The notes below the pieces were generated by a model. That model was given only the letters and a program-made list of their open reading frames with translations. It was not told where the DNA came from and searched no databases. The translations under genes and the position numbers were made by a program. A DNA stretch of 48,443 nucleotides from Priapulus caudatus (Eukaryota): contig NW_014577064.1 in NCBI RefSeq assembly GCF_000485595.1, positions 629,528 to 677,970 on the forward strand. The letters are read 5' to 3'. Numbering within the stretch: the first letter of the stretch is position 1; each line of letters starts with the position of its first letter. This document shows, piece by piece, positions 27,171-39,236 of this stretch.

Positions 27171-27976
27171 CATGCTTGATTCACTCCCCGGCGCGATGTC
27201 TAACCTCAGAGGCCTCCACCTCTGGTGGATGTATGAGAAGGTTGTGGAGGTGAATGTAAGAGAATGGCGCGTGTAAGGTGCGATAATCCCAGTAAGGGAG
27301 TGTGATATAATGGTTTAGCAGGGCGCGACGTCTAGACCGCCAACACCCCTGTTTTTTCATTAGGAGTAACTTGCGGGCTGACTTTAGTTAGCTGAATTTT
27401 AGCTGGCTGAGGTTTAGCCGCGCGCTAGGCTCTATCATGCTGGTGCCCGCTTGTTCTTACGCACACACACAGCCTTGCGTCTCGGCGGCCCGCTTTGTGT
27501 TGGAGAAGAAGGATCCTCACGCGTAAGCTTCACGCGGGCTGATATCTCAAGGTGAGATTAAGCGATTGTAACAAAGATGCGAGTGCGCTGGTACGGCGTA
27601 TGGACACCCGGTGGTCAGCGGGCGTGGCCGGACAATGACTTAATCCTGGCCGGCCAAACGTTGTTCACACAGTGGCTCTCATCTTGACGACCACTCGACA
27701 GAGCGTGGAACATTGTCGTCCTTGGTCGATGAATGCAAAGTAACGGCGACGTCGTGGTCGAATTAAGCGAACTACTTTGTTCGTGCCACCGAATCGAGGC
27801 CACATGACGACGTTCTGGTCGAGCCAACTTCTAAGAGCAGAAATTAATATCTAGCCGACTACCGCCGTTGTCGGCGTTCTTCTAGAGTGTGTTAAAAAAT
27901 TCACGCTAAGGATATGTTCATATGTTTGCTTTAATTTTTGTGTCTTTCAGCGTTCGTGTGTGCGCGCATGCGCATG

Positions 27977-28038
<62 letters not shown>

Positions 28039-28067
28039 TATCTTCTCTGTCTCTCTGTGGGTGTGTG

Positions 28068-28112
<45 letters not shown>

Positions 28113-29956
28113 TGCGTGCGTGTGTGCGTGCGTGCGTGCGTGCGTGCGTGCGTGTGCGTGCGTGCGTGCGAGCGCGTGTCTGCTCGTCTGCACGAGTGTC
28201 TTTTACGGACCCCGCATCACCTCAATTCCATACCATGCTTACAACAGTTACTTAAGTAAATTACAATCCTGTATTTTTTCAACATTCGATTCCAAAATTC
28301 AAAGTATAGGGCCTACTATAAAGCGTTATTACAAAAACTACCGCATCACATCCCGGGAAATAGCCGAACTAAGAAAACGAGAGCTGTTTATAAGGAAGAT
28401 TAATCTTCACAAAACAACAGTTTAGTCAAGCTTATAAAGCTGAACAATACGGATATTGCAGGCTTAGTCAGCTAAAGGAATAACTCTTTCTCGTTTCTGC
28501 ATTCATCCCGTCTCTTCCTTGTCACATATAACGATTCCTGTCTTACTCAATCTTTCCCTCTACCACTCGCCGCTCTCTTTGCCAACGTGTCATGCTTGGC
28601 AAAAAAACGACAGGTCGGCACGCGTGTGGTTTATGAACACGCTAGCACTTATTCTTGAACGCTCCCAGTGTTTTAGAGAACGCCGACACCGAGTACAGAC
28701 GTCGGGTGGAACCGTGCTGCAGGCAAGACGCGTATACGTCGTACGCTATCAATGTTCATGCGTGTGTTAGCATGCTCATCACGCAACACGGCATCAAGGC
28801 ACGGCACCAACAAGTTCCACCTGCTTTCCAGAGAGCACTGACCGAGGTGCGAGAGGGAGTGACCGCGGATTAAAGATTAAAATCTCCCAATAAGGATTCA
28901 AGTTCTTCATTCCACATTGATCTTCTGTATATAGTTTTAGCTGCGGGAATGAGTGACCGCGTATGCCGAAAACGACTTAGCGTGATTCAAGGTTACCTTT
29001 GTCCGTGGTTGCCCGCTCTGAATATGAGCGCGGCCATCCTTGTCAGATTTGTTGCTCTCGCGCCTAATGAAGAATGTGCCATCGTCATCGTCACCGTCAT
29101 CGTTATTGTCATCACTATCATCACCATCATCAGTATCACCAGCATCGGGATAAGCAGTAGCAACATTTTTAACTGAGATTATCTTTGTCATCGTATGATA
29201 ATGTATGGCAAACGATTACAGTATTACAGCTCCCACAACTGTGGCGATTACACAGGGGGTTAGACATTAAAACAGGAGGTTAGTTCTCAGAAGCACATGT
29301 ACACATGTAGTTATGGCATCATACGTCTAAAATGACATATATTGGAAGTGAGGTTTCACGCAAAAGTTACGATACCTTTGATGATAATTAAAATAAATTG
29401 CTGATAACCGTAACCATATATGATGTTTCTGACTACGGCCTACAGGTTAAGAGAATTCCGCGTTAGAAACATGAATTTTCTTTTGGTAGAGTATAGTTCC
29501 GCCTGTCACAGCCCCAGCAACACGTTCGCTTTGTCAAAATAGGCCTGAATAAAAAAACTGTCAAAGCCACGGCCGATTGTAAAGCCGTGGTAGAACTTGA
29601 TTGCGGTTTTACTGGGGCGGCGTATGTTTAGCACTGCAATACTCTATACGTGTAAGATTCCATGCTGTCATTTTCATGCTCATCCATGATTGTTGCGAGT
29701 TTAACTTTCGGCGAGCTCTCGCCTCAATCTCTTGTTCATACAAGCACTAAACAACAACCTTCGCAGAAGGCAACACGCTGTCTAGGGAGAATATGAAGAC
29801 GTTTCTCGTGGTTGTCATGTGACGTTGCCAACCAAGGCACCAAATATCAACATAAATAAAATCCGAAATAAAATGGCGATATTGTCATTGTGTTTAATCG
29901 CAGCTCGGTACGGTTAATGGAATATGCTCGCTGAGTAGCAAGATGCCTCGTTACCT

Positions 29957-29966
29957 CACACACACA

Positions 29967-30025
<59 letters not shown>

Positions 30026-30091
30026 CGCGCGCGCGCGCGCACACACACACACACACACGCACACATGCACACGCACACGCACACGCACACG

Positions 30092-30131
<40 letters not shown>

Positions 30132-30890
30132 CACACACAGGCACACACATGCAAACACACACGGAAATAGGGACAGCCAGACAAACGGTCAGACGGACGG
30201 AGAGACAGAGGGACAGACTGACAGAGAGACAGACGGACAGACCGACGGACGGACGGACGGATGGATGTACGGATATAGATAGATGGATGGATAGATGTGT
30301 GGGTGGATGGATTGATAAACAGGAGGGTTCAGACGGACAGACGGGCCGACGGACAGACAGACAGACGGACGGATAGACGATCCGACGGACGGACGGAAGG
30401 ACGGACGGACGGAAGGACGGACGTACGGAAGGTCGGACGGACGGACGGACGGAGACATAGACGTACAGACCGACGGACGGACAGACAGACGGAGGGACCG
30501 ACGGAATGGACGGGCGAATGTACGAAGAGACGGACGGACGAATATACGGACACACGGAGAGAGCGACATACGGACACACGGAGAGACCGACATACGGATA
30601 CATGGAGTGTCGGAGAACGGACAGGTGAACATATGGACACACGGACAGACCGACAAACGGACACACGGAAAGACCGACATACGGATACATGGAGGGTCGG
30701 AGAGACGGACAGACGAATAGACGGAGACACGCGACGGATATAGATGTGTGGGTGGACGGATTAATAAACAGAGGGTTCAGACGGACAGATGAACTAATGG
30801 GCGAGCAGACCGACGGGCGGATGTATAGACGGACAGACGGACAGACGGACAGACGGATGGATGGACAGACGGACAAGCGAACACGCGGAC
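29957..30890. repeat. (CA)n followed by (GACG/GACA)n with an embedded ~24-bp higher-order unit (CATACGGACACACGGAGAGACCGA)
   Basis: Direct inspection; source of the SVRP-rich ORFs. Confidence 0.9.
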
Positions 30891-31261
30891 AGAAAAGCGA
30901 CTCACACAGCTAAACAAACCATCACAAACTCTGACACACAGTCATGCTATACATGCATGCACACGCACGCACGCACGCACGAAAACGAACGTACACGTAC
31001 ACATAGGCACGGGTACTATAGTCTGACAGACTTTCTGTGTGTGAATCGTGACTTAACCAGGTCAGATATAATATGTAAGTCACATCACAGTGTGTTGTAG
31101 GCTTGTACTAATTGTGTTTTTTATTTTTAGGCTGACGGGTCTTCCAGCATGATGCTTTGTCTTACTCTTCATTCTTGCGTTTTTACATTATACTGTTAGT
31201 CGTTCCATTCATCATTTTGTTATTTCAGAGCGCCGTGGCTGAACGCAGATTTCCTGACGCG

Positions 31262-32097
31262 TCACTGGTTAAGTACCGAATAGAAGCTGAGGACAACAAC
31301 TCACGATATTTTTTAAGTAGAGTAAAACTGTCAACCCTAACACTAAACACACATACTCGCGCGCACGCATGCACACGCACACACACACACAAACATGCAC
31401 ACACACACGTGCGCGCACACAGAACATTCACCACGTACGCACACATACACACACATACACACATACACACATACACACATACACACATACACGCATACAC
31501 ACATACACACATACACGCATACACACATACCCGCATGCACACACACACACACACGCACACGCACACGCACACGCACACGCACACGCACACGCACACTCAC
31601 ACGCAAACGCACGCACACACGCACGCACGCAAACGCACGTACACATACGCGCACGCGCACATACACACGCACACACACTCTCTCTCTCTCACACACACAC
31701 ACACACTTACACTCACACGCACACGCATGTACACACGCACACACACACTTACACTTACACTCACACGCAAACGCACGCACACACGCACGCACGCAAACGC
31801 ACGTACACATACGCGTAACCATACACATAACCAGATCAGATCACTGGTTAAGTACCGAATAGAAGCTGAGAACAACAACTCACGGTATGTTTTTAAGGTA
31901 CGATATTTTTAAGTAGAGTAAAACTGTCAACGCGCTCACTAAACACACACACACACACACACTCGCGCGCACGCACGCACCCGCGCGCGCACACGCACAC
32001 AAACACGCACGCATACACACACGCGAGCGCACACAGAACATTCACCACGTACGCACACATACACACACATACACACATACCCACACATACACACATA

Positions 32098-32152
<55 letters not shown>

Positions 32153-32200
32153 ACACGCGCGCACACGCACACGCACACGCACACGCACACGCACACGCAT
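31262..32200. repeat. Tandem duplication of a ~580-bp unit (unique head plus CA-rich tail) next to the gap
   Basis: TCACTGGTTAAGTACCGAATAGAAGCTGAG starts at both 31262 and 31841; CACACAGAACATTCACCACGTACGC also occurs in both copies. Confidence 0.85.
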
Positions 32201-32263
32201 GTGTTGTACTCCTATTTAGCCTATTCTGGGGGGAATAGCTCGCTGGATGATGCCCGTTGCACG

Positions 32264-32273
32264 NNNNNNNNNN
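32264..32273. other. Assembly gap (10 N)
   Basis: Run of n. Confidence 1.
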
Positions 32274-33524
32274 TGATTGGCTGGGGTCCGGAACTCTCGT
32301 GGGGAAAAAAAATTTCGCGTCCCGGACAGGAAGTGCTAGTGAAGCTGACTCGCTCTCATCCAAACGTGGCTGTTAAACTGATTTGAAGAAGTTTGGCCTG
32401 TTTTGGCCCATCACAAATACGTTATGTGCAAGTGAAATTGCACGTCGCACAATGGAGCGCGCGTAAGACGTGTTCCCTGTAATGCGATTACGAGCTCAAC
32501 TCGAAAGGCTTGTTTTCGCAAACACGGATTCTGCCGTGTACACAATCATACGCTCAGAGCGTTTGACGAAACTTGCCAAAAGCAGCAGAAACTGCGGAGA
32601 TATATGAAGATGGAGCGAGAGCAGTCGGCTGCAACTTGCGCGGCGGATGCGGCTGCTACGGGGAGGCAGCTGTGTAATCGTCTGAAATTATGCGAGATAA
32701 ATGCATGTGACGTGTAGATTGCAATCGTGACGTATATATATATTTAACAGTGTGTAATAACTTGTATGCGTTAATATTGCTGATGCGCAGATATGTAAAT
32801 AACCACTTAACGGAGATACCAAGTTTGACTCTAAGATTTGAAGCTGATCAAAGTGTCAGGGCGTACGTGTTGCATGGCAACATTTTAGTAGCCCTGAAGG
32901 TGTTTCATATTCTTCAGCGGGGGCTAATAAAATTAGGATTGGTACTATTATATCAATAATATTCGTTTACTATTATGAGTTTACTATAAGATTAGGGTCG
33001 GTCTTTGGGTTATTGCTATCAGACCTTATTACCAACTCCTAGCAACACCTAGCAGTAGCAGTAGGGCAGCGGCTGCAGTGTAGTAGTTAGGCGATGGGTG
33101 TTACCGGGTATATAGTGGCCCCCGACCTCTAACCCCACAATACTGCCGTTAACGTCTACTCAGCACTGAACAGTGTATTCTCCTTCCTGGGCCACCATAC
33201 AGCCGCCGGCGCTGTTGCCATCACGTTCACCCGGTGCTCATTAACTAAAGTGAGAGGTGAAAGCTGCATGCCGCTAGCTACGCACAGGTTGCTAATTGCG
33301 TCGTGCGCACGCAAGCGAACGCTTTCACTTTTCCTTCCTGATTCGCCTCGCGATCGTGGCCGGAATATCTAACCGATATTGTACGTGCCGCCGCCTACAC
33401 GCGGGGCGTCTACGAACCCTCACCTGTCCGCCGTGTGAGCTGGGAACCAGTGACAAAGGCCAGCCGTTCGCATCGGGGGGCGGGAACGAGACAGGGTTGA
33501 CGGACGAGCGCTCGCAGCGGCCGG

Positions 33525-33656
33525 TATAAAATCAGGCGCCACGCAGCGTCGGCATCGAGTAGTCCCAGCAAGCACGAGCTACACGACAGCCACGACAGCC
33601 ACGACCGTTTGTAGTGCTCACGGAAATACTAACATCACCTGGATTTACCTGCGCAG
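33525..33656 (+). promoter_or_regulatory. Candidate TATA promoter and non-coding first exon (~33560-33656)
   Basis: TATAAAA at 33525-33531 in GC-rich context, Inr-like GTAGTC ~30 nt downstream, no ATG before the donor CAG|GTACGC at 33656/33657. Confidence 0.55.
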
Positions 33657-34805
33657 GTACGCTCCTTATATGTTCTAGAGATATAGCCGTGAATAGTTTC
33701 ACGCGATCGTAGTTGTACATTCTTACTGCGTGCATGATGTATATTGTAATATGTATATTTCATATGTTTGTAGTTTAATGTGAGTTCGTTTTAGGTCCTT
33801 CGATTTTGCTCGTGTTAAAAGAATTGGTTAACGCTCGTATATAGTATTGAGGCTATTGACGCGTATGTATATAATATCATAGGCCACAATAGAAGATTTC
33901 CGTATGATTGTCCAAAATTTAATACTATAGCTAGTATGGAGGTACTAAAGGCCAGAGATTCAATGTTTCAACTTGATAACTTCGTGGTGTGCGATAGACA
34001 CTTTCACACGGGGAATATTAGAACGTTAATACATCGTTTACATTTGCCAAGTCTACGATACGGCACAAAGTTTCTTCATCACTCCGTAACCTTAGCGTGC
34101 AAATGCTGATGCCACATAACATGTTCCTGAATGCATTCGCGTCGTGTCCTTCCATATACTGGAAGCGCGTGATTACAGCTCATTAGACTGTGCAAAAACA
34201 GGTTCGAAAAATGTTGGCATGTCATATAAACACGATTTAGTTGTCAGTATTCTGACGATGTTTGACATAAAAGTTGCAAATTTATCATAATCGGTGATAT
34301 GTTGATGCGCCATGAGGCGACGTCTCAAGGAAAACAATTGCTTCTATCGGTGATGTTTTTTCTTCCACGATGGCGTTTCAAAGCAGGGCATTCACGCACA
34401 AAATTGACGATAATTATGTGCAGGTTTTTGCAGGTAATGCTAGACTTTTTCAATGTAACCCATCCTGTTTGACTAGTCGTATTGAATGTAAATCTCCACC
34501 ATCAGAGACAAGACACATATACAAGATATATATACAGAACTGATTATTGTAGCAGCGTCTTTATGTTAGCGCGCAATTTATTCACTCATCCCGACAGGGG
34601 CGTTATAGCGGCAATCACTCACTCATTCACTCACTCACTCACTCACTCACTCACTCACTCACTCATGTTCTCGCTTAGCTCAGTCACATTTACCGCTTAT
34701 TCGGAATTTTTAACCCCAATTATCATCGAAAGGTGTCAGCACCATCCACCACGATATAACTGTGGTAGCAGCGATGTAGCAAACCGCGTGATTTTCGTTT
34801 CAATA

Positions 34806-34952
34806 ATGGATCTGAATAAATCTGCTACTGTTTATACATGCAAGCTTTCCACTTATGGATCTGATTAAATCTGCTACTGTTTATACATGCAAGCTTTCCA
34901 CTTATGGATCTGATTAAATCTGCTACTGTTTATACATGCAAGCTTTCCACTT
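34806..34952. repeat. 49-bp tandem repeat, 3 copies
   Basis: GGATCTGAWTAAATCTGCTACTG recurs at 34808, 34857 and 34906. Confidence 0.95.
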
Positions 34953-35061
34953 GTTCGCGCCCTTTCTCTTATTTTAATAATATACCCTACGTGATATTGC
35001 AGACGCTACCGTCGTCGTCTAGCGTTTGTTTCTTGTGACAGATATTGATTTGTACTTACAG

Positions 35062-35216
35062 CATGGTGCCAATCACGCAGCTGGCCTCAGTGGCTCCAAA
35101 CCTACCCAAATGTAACCTGCTGATTAAGGTGGGCGACAGCCCAGACGGACCACTTGTCAGTGGAGCTGTTCCACTTGGAACCACGCTGACGTTTGTCATC
35201 GATATGTCAATCAGCG
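35062..35216 (+). CDS. Cuticlin/ZP-domain protein internal exon (ZP-N/ZP-C linker and start of ZP-C)
   Basis: Acceptor ttacag, donor G|GTACGT; MVPITQLASVAPNLPKCNLLIKVGDSPDGPLVSGAVPLGTTLTFVIDMSIS matches the cuticlin P.C...I...DGP....G..L pattern. Confidence 0.85.
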
Positions 35217-35497
35217 GTACGTACACACGCTGCGCATCGCTACATGTGACGCACAGTGACGACATGTGACGCACAGTGACGTCAGAGTGGCGCACATTGA
35301 CGACCGAATGACGCAGAATGACGTCTGTGTGACGCAGAATGACGACAGAGTGACGCACAATGACGACAGAGCACAACGAAACTCCCCATGAGTAATGATA
35401 TTAATAGAATGAAAATGCTTTCGCAATTAATTTCCTTGCAAGTATAATATCATTGGGCGCATTTGCTAACTGATGTGTTCATTTCTACTCTCTGCAG

Positions 35498-35579
35498 AGG
35501 TGTACGGCTTCACAGTGTCCAGCTGCATCGCCCGAGATGGCATGGGCATGGGCGAACAGATGATCATCGATGAGGATGG
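35498..35579 (+). CDS. Cuticlin/ZP-domain protein internal exon (ZP-C)
   Basis: Acceptor tctgcag, phase-compatible with the previous exon (G|AG = Glu); EVYGFTVSSCIARDGMGMGEQMIIDEDG is the classic V..C...DG......IDE.G(CP) ZP motif. Confidence 0.9.
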
Positions 35580-36524
35580 GTACGATATCATATTACGACG
35601 CTGCGTAATTCATATAGATAGATACGCTCTTACTATAGTACTTTTTTATGATATAGAATCGGCAGATGTTAGATTAGCGCATCTTAAGGGATTAACGCAT
35701 TAGCGAGAGATGACCTACGCAGGTGGCTGTACGTACCGTGCGCAAACAAAGGTGAAGACGTCTATGCGGTCATGTAGAGCCAAATCCAAGGCCACGCCGC
35801 ACGCATCTTCACGGGGATCAAGGGGCTTACCGGCGCTTCTCATGTGCCTAAGAGTAGTGTTAGTAACTCGACGTTAGAGATTTCTATCGCACACAGCCAA
35901 CGATAAAAAAGGCGAGGGTCGTAAAAAAAGCAAAAGGCTATTCGTTTTAAGAAAATCGTTTCGAATTGTAGTCTATTGTGTGCAACCGAATGCAAACTAA
36001 CGGGTGGGCACTGAATCTGACAGTGTGAAAACTAACATCGCGCTTGTTGGGTTCTTACCCTAGTTTAGCAGCTTTCTATTGAATAAAAGAATGTCGACAC
36101 ATACCGGTAACTTATAGCACGAATGCAATGAAGTGCAACAGAACAAACGCGGAGGCATTGAATCGTAGAATGGCAAACGTCGTGTGAGATCGACTAGTCG
36201 ATCGTAAGCAGCGTGTCGTTGTGACATCGATTATGAAATAATGATGTCATCGCGAATGTGTTTGGTGCATAAAACGGACAACCTCTGCAGCGAAATACAT
36301 ATGCCCGCCATAAAGTAATGTACGCATCGAAACCATAATTGTCGAAAGAGAAGCATCAAAGTGCTTCGTAGTTCTGATCACGACGTATGACCTCTTTTTT
36401 ATTTCCGAATACGCATGTATCTGTGCATATAGGTTTGTGCGTGAGCGTGTGCATCTGTGCCTGTGCGCGTGTGTGGGCATGACCCTGTATGCGTGTGGGT
36501 GCGCGCGCGTTTATACAATAATAC

Positions 36525-36562
36525 CAGGAGTGAATAATAGATATCTCTATTATTCACTCCTG
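36525..36562. mobile_element. 38-bp palindrome CAGGAGTGAATAATAG-atatct-CTATTATTCACTCCTG with 7-bp duplication
   Basis: Perfect 16-bp arms; flanks ATAATAC and ATAATAT (6/7). Confidence 0.78.
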
Positions 36563-36736
36563 ATAATATGATAAAATAGTCATTGTTTTGTGATGATACT
36601 TAATTACGTTTGCGACATCTCGTAAAACGTGATGAAGCTTTTCTGCCGCGGATGGTATCATATATGAATAATTTGGGCAATTTTGTTTACCAATGATTAA
36701 AAAACTTGCTTTTTTCAGGTCATCACTCCTACCAAC

Positions 36737-36766
36737 ATGATCGGATATCTGGCAATTTCCGTTTCG
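36737..36766 (+). CDS. Start-codon exon of a secreted protein (exon begins at 36719), MIGYLAISVS
   Basis: Acceptor tttttcag at 36718, start context caacATG, donor TCG|GTAAGC. Confidence 0.7.
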
Positions 36767-36950
36767 GTAAGCTCTTCAGTAATTTTTACGGTGTCGTTTC
36801 GCCATACTTATTACTAAAATCCCACTTTTCAAAATGATCACGAATTCATGAAATAATCGCGACATAATCGCTAATACTTCCGCTCGACCGCGGACTGGTT
36901 GACCCGCCGAGCAATTCGTCATAGTAAACCACAATTCTTTTTTTTTACAG

Positions 36951-36984
36951 TTTCTGCTGTGTGCGACCGCGCAGCAATTGATAG
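36951..36984 (+). CDS. Second signal-peptide exon, FLLCATAQQLI
   Basis: Strong acceptor tttttttttacag, donor AG|GTAAGT; joins in phase 0 to give the signal-peptide-like MIGYLAISVSFLLCATA-QQLI. Confidence 0.7.
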
Positions 36985-37794
36985 GTAAGTCACCCGATGC
37001 GTCACTCGTAGAGGTAGCTTTGCATGGTGACGGCCTGCCAGCGGTAGACTACTGTCAGACACCGTAACGACACCGTGGCTGAAGTCACGATGATTACGCG
37101 TCGTGGCCAGTGACGGTTGCCTGAATGCAATCTTTTCCGCTTTCGAACCGTGTATAATAATTGCAAACATAGACAACTGCGGCGCATCGAGTGCCAGTCG
37201 CCACCCGCTGAATTGATGTCCTTTCACGACAATGCTATGATAACTAGGTAACGTGACACTGATAACACGCTATTAGCTTTATGTCTAGTAGACAGAAAGC
37301 AACAGAAATTAGCTTAGGAAGTCAAACCATGAGCACGCACTCACACATGCGCGCGCACACACACGCATACATACATACGCGCGCATACACGCACGCATTG
37401 CACACACGCATACACACATACCTCCGCGCATACGCAAAGAAAGAATGCGCGAGATATAAATAGAAGGACAAGTTCAAAATCTACAACCGTTGGCGTGAAA
37501 CAAGCGCGAAGCCATATTCTAGGTGTTATAATCGGAGATATGAATAAGTTGTACGAATAATCACATGCTTTATGCCTTATATACACTATACTTTACATTT
37601 ATTACGCGTGTTTAAGCAAAAGAACTATGGATATATACAGTATGGAAGCATTAACACATCCAAAGTTAGCCACCTGAGCTAGGACAAGAAAATGATGCGG
37701 TTCGCATTCGTTCAATTAACGGGAATCGAGCGATCTTCGGACAGCTAAGCCTAAAACAAAAGGGTATATATAGATTACACCGCGTAGATATTAC

Positions 37795-37847
37795 CAAAAG
37801 TCCATAATTGAATGGACTATGGACTATTTTTTTATTATGGACTCTTG
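37795..37847. mobile_element. 53-bp CAAAAGTCCATAAT...ATTATGGACTCTTG palindromic remnant with perfect ATATTAC duplication
   Basis: Arms match 13/14; identical 7-mers at 37788-37794 and 37848-37854. Confidence 0.78.
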
Positions 37848-38055
37848 ATATTACATATGAAAATATTATGTCTGCCCGTCGTAAAAACGATTGCATAGGG
37901 TAATGACTGTAGACAGTAAAGAGACTCGATCCACGAGTCTTCCAAAAACTGGTAGAGGGAATGTTTCATGCTCATTGGAATGGCGGGCGTGTTGTCACGG
38001 CCCGCGGCTTGTAAAACAAGTTTCAGCAATGTAGTTCAACTGTGACCGAAAGCTG

Positions 38056-38090
38056 TATATAAAGTGAGTTAAATTAGCGGCTAAGCAGTC
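38056..38090 (+). promoter_or_regulatory. TATA box and Inr-like site of the chitin deacetylase gene
   Basis: TATATAAA at 38056-38063, GCAGTC about 30 nt downstream, ATG at 38116. Confidence 0.65.
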
Positions 38091-38115
38091 TGATTGCAGC
38101 CTCACAAGTAGCAAC

Positions 38116-38158
38116 ATGAAGGTCCTCATCATTGCTCTGTGCGCTCTCGTGTATATGG
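38116..38158 (+). CDS. Chitin deacetylase-like gene, exon 1 (signal peptide MKVLIIALCALVYM)
   Basis: caacATG start; donor G|GTAAGT, phase 1. Confidence 0.88.
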
Positions 38159-38401
38159 GTAAGTAGTTATTCATTTATAACTTGGTTTAATTGGTTGGTA
38201 GTATGCCACCGCTATACAAGGCGATAAATGGATTCAGCCGTACACGCAAATACTTTCCCATTGACTAATCAATGACTGTAAAATTATTGAGACAATACCA
38301 ATTTAAAATTGATATCGAACAAAATATCGAACATCTATATAGTGCGCTGTGTATGTACAATATTTGTAATAATATTGCATATTAATTATGATATACAACA
38401 G

Positions 38402-38689
38402 CCGCGGCCAGTCCGCTGGAAAAGCGTCTGGGAGTACCGGTACAGGCAGAGGATGACTGCAACCCGAAGGTCGGCGCTAAGAACTTCTCTACCGATGCCG
38501 CCGATTGCCAGGTGTTCTACATCTGCGATCACGGATGGCCGAAGATCCGTCGTTGCCCAGGTGACACCATCTGGACACCAGCATTGGAGAGATGCACCGA
38601 CAAGTACTTTGCGGTTAACGACGAGTGCAGATACGAGGCTCCACCCACACCAGCACCTGTGGAAATCGCTCCAGAAGATCTTGACCCAG
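38402..38689 (+). CDS. Chitin deacetylase-like gene, exon 2 (CBM14/peritrophin-A chitin-binding domain and Pro-rich linker)
   Basis: Six-Cys domain CNPKVG...DCQVFYICDHGWPKIRRCPGDTIWTPALERC...EC; AG/GT boundaries, phase 1 to 1. Confidence 0.92.
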
Positions 38690-38805
38690 GTATAATAAAT
38701 TTAGTGTTTAGTTGCGAATGTTTTCAATCGTAATCGCTAGATATTTTTATCCGCGAGTTTCTAGTGCCGGTGTTTTGCATCTATAGCCGAATATAAATTT
38801 TCTAG

Positions 38806-39038
38806 CTGCGTGCTACGACCCAAGAAACATGTGCAACGGAGTTATTGATTGCAACAATGGAGAGGACGAAGAGGGCTGTGCTCCGATCTGTGACCCTAAC
38901 GCCTGCAGACTGCCAGACTGCAAGTGCAGTAGCCCAGACGCTCCAGGAAATCTCCAGATAAATGAGATTCCACAGCTGGTTATGATTGGCTGGGATGGTG
39001 CTCTGAGAGTAGAGGACTACAACCATCTTCTCCAGCAG
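38806..39038 (+). CDS. Chitin deacetylase-like gene, exon 3 (LDLa-like module and start of the CE4 catalytic domain)
   Basis: CNGVIDCNNGEDEEGC then CDPNACRLPDCKCS...PG.....IPQLVMIGWDGA, the hallmark of arthropod-type CDAs; donor CAG|GTAATT. Confidence 0.93.
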
Positions 39039-39149
39039 GTAATTTTATTAGAATCTCAAAACAAATTACGGCAAGATTAGTCTGATACGTTAATATTGAT
39101 TCTTTCCAAAATTTCATATGAATTAATCCCTATAAAATCTTGGCTTTAG

Positions 39150-39236
39150 ATCCTCAAGAAGGTGAACGCACAAAGAAGGAGAGAGCCACGAACGAATCCC
39201 AATGGTTGCCCGCTAACCGCAACTTTCTTCACAAGC
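39150..39236 (+). CDS. Chitin deacetylase-like gene, exon 4 (last recognisable piece)
   Basis: ILKKVNAQRRREPRTNPNGCPLTATFFTS contains the conserved R.NPNGCP...TFF.S motif; 3' boundary (AGC|GTAAAT) is uncertain. Confidence 0.88.

Noticed and set aside
31229..31267. Candidate micro-exon (APWLNADFLTRH) as a missing CDA RAP motif
   Set aside because: Poor donor (GTTAAG), context does not match CDA motifs, and it lies upstream of the gene at a duplication boundary.
32229..32263. tRNA or SINE head-like GGGGAATAGCTCGCTGG
   Set aside because: Cut by the gap; no B-box or cloverleaf visible.
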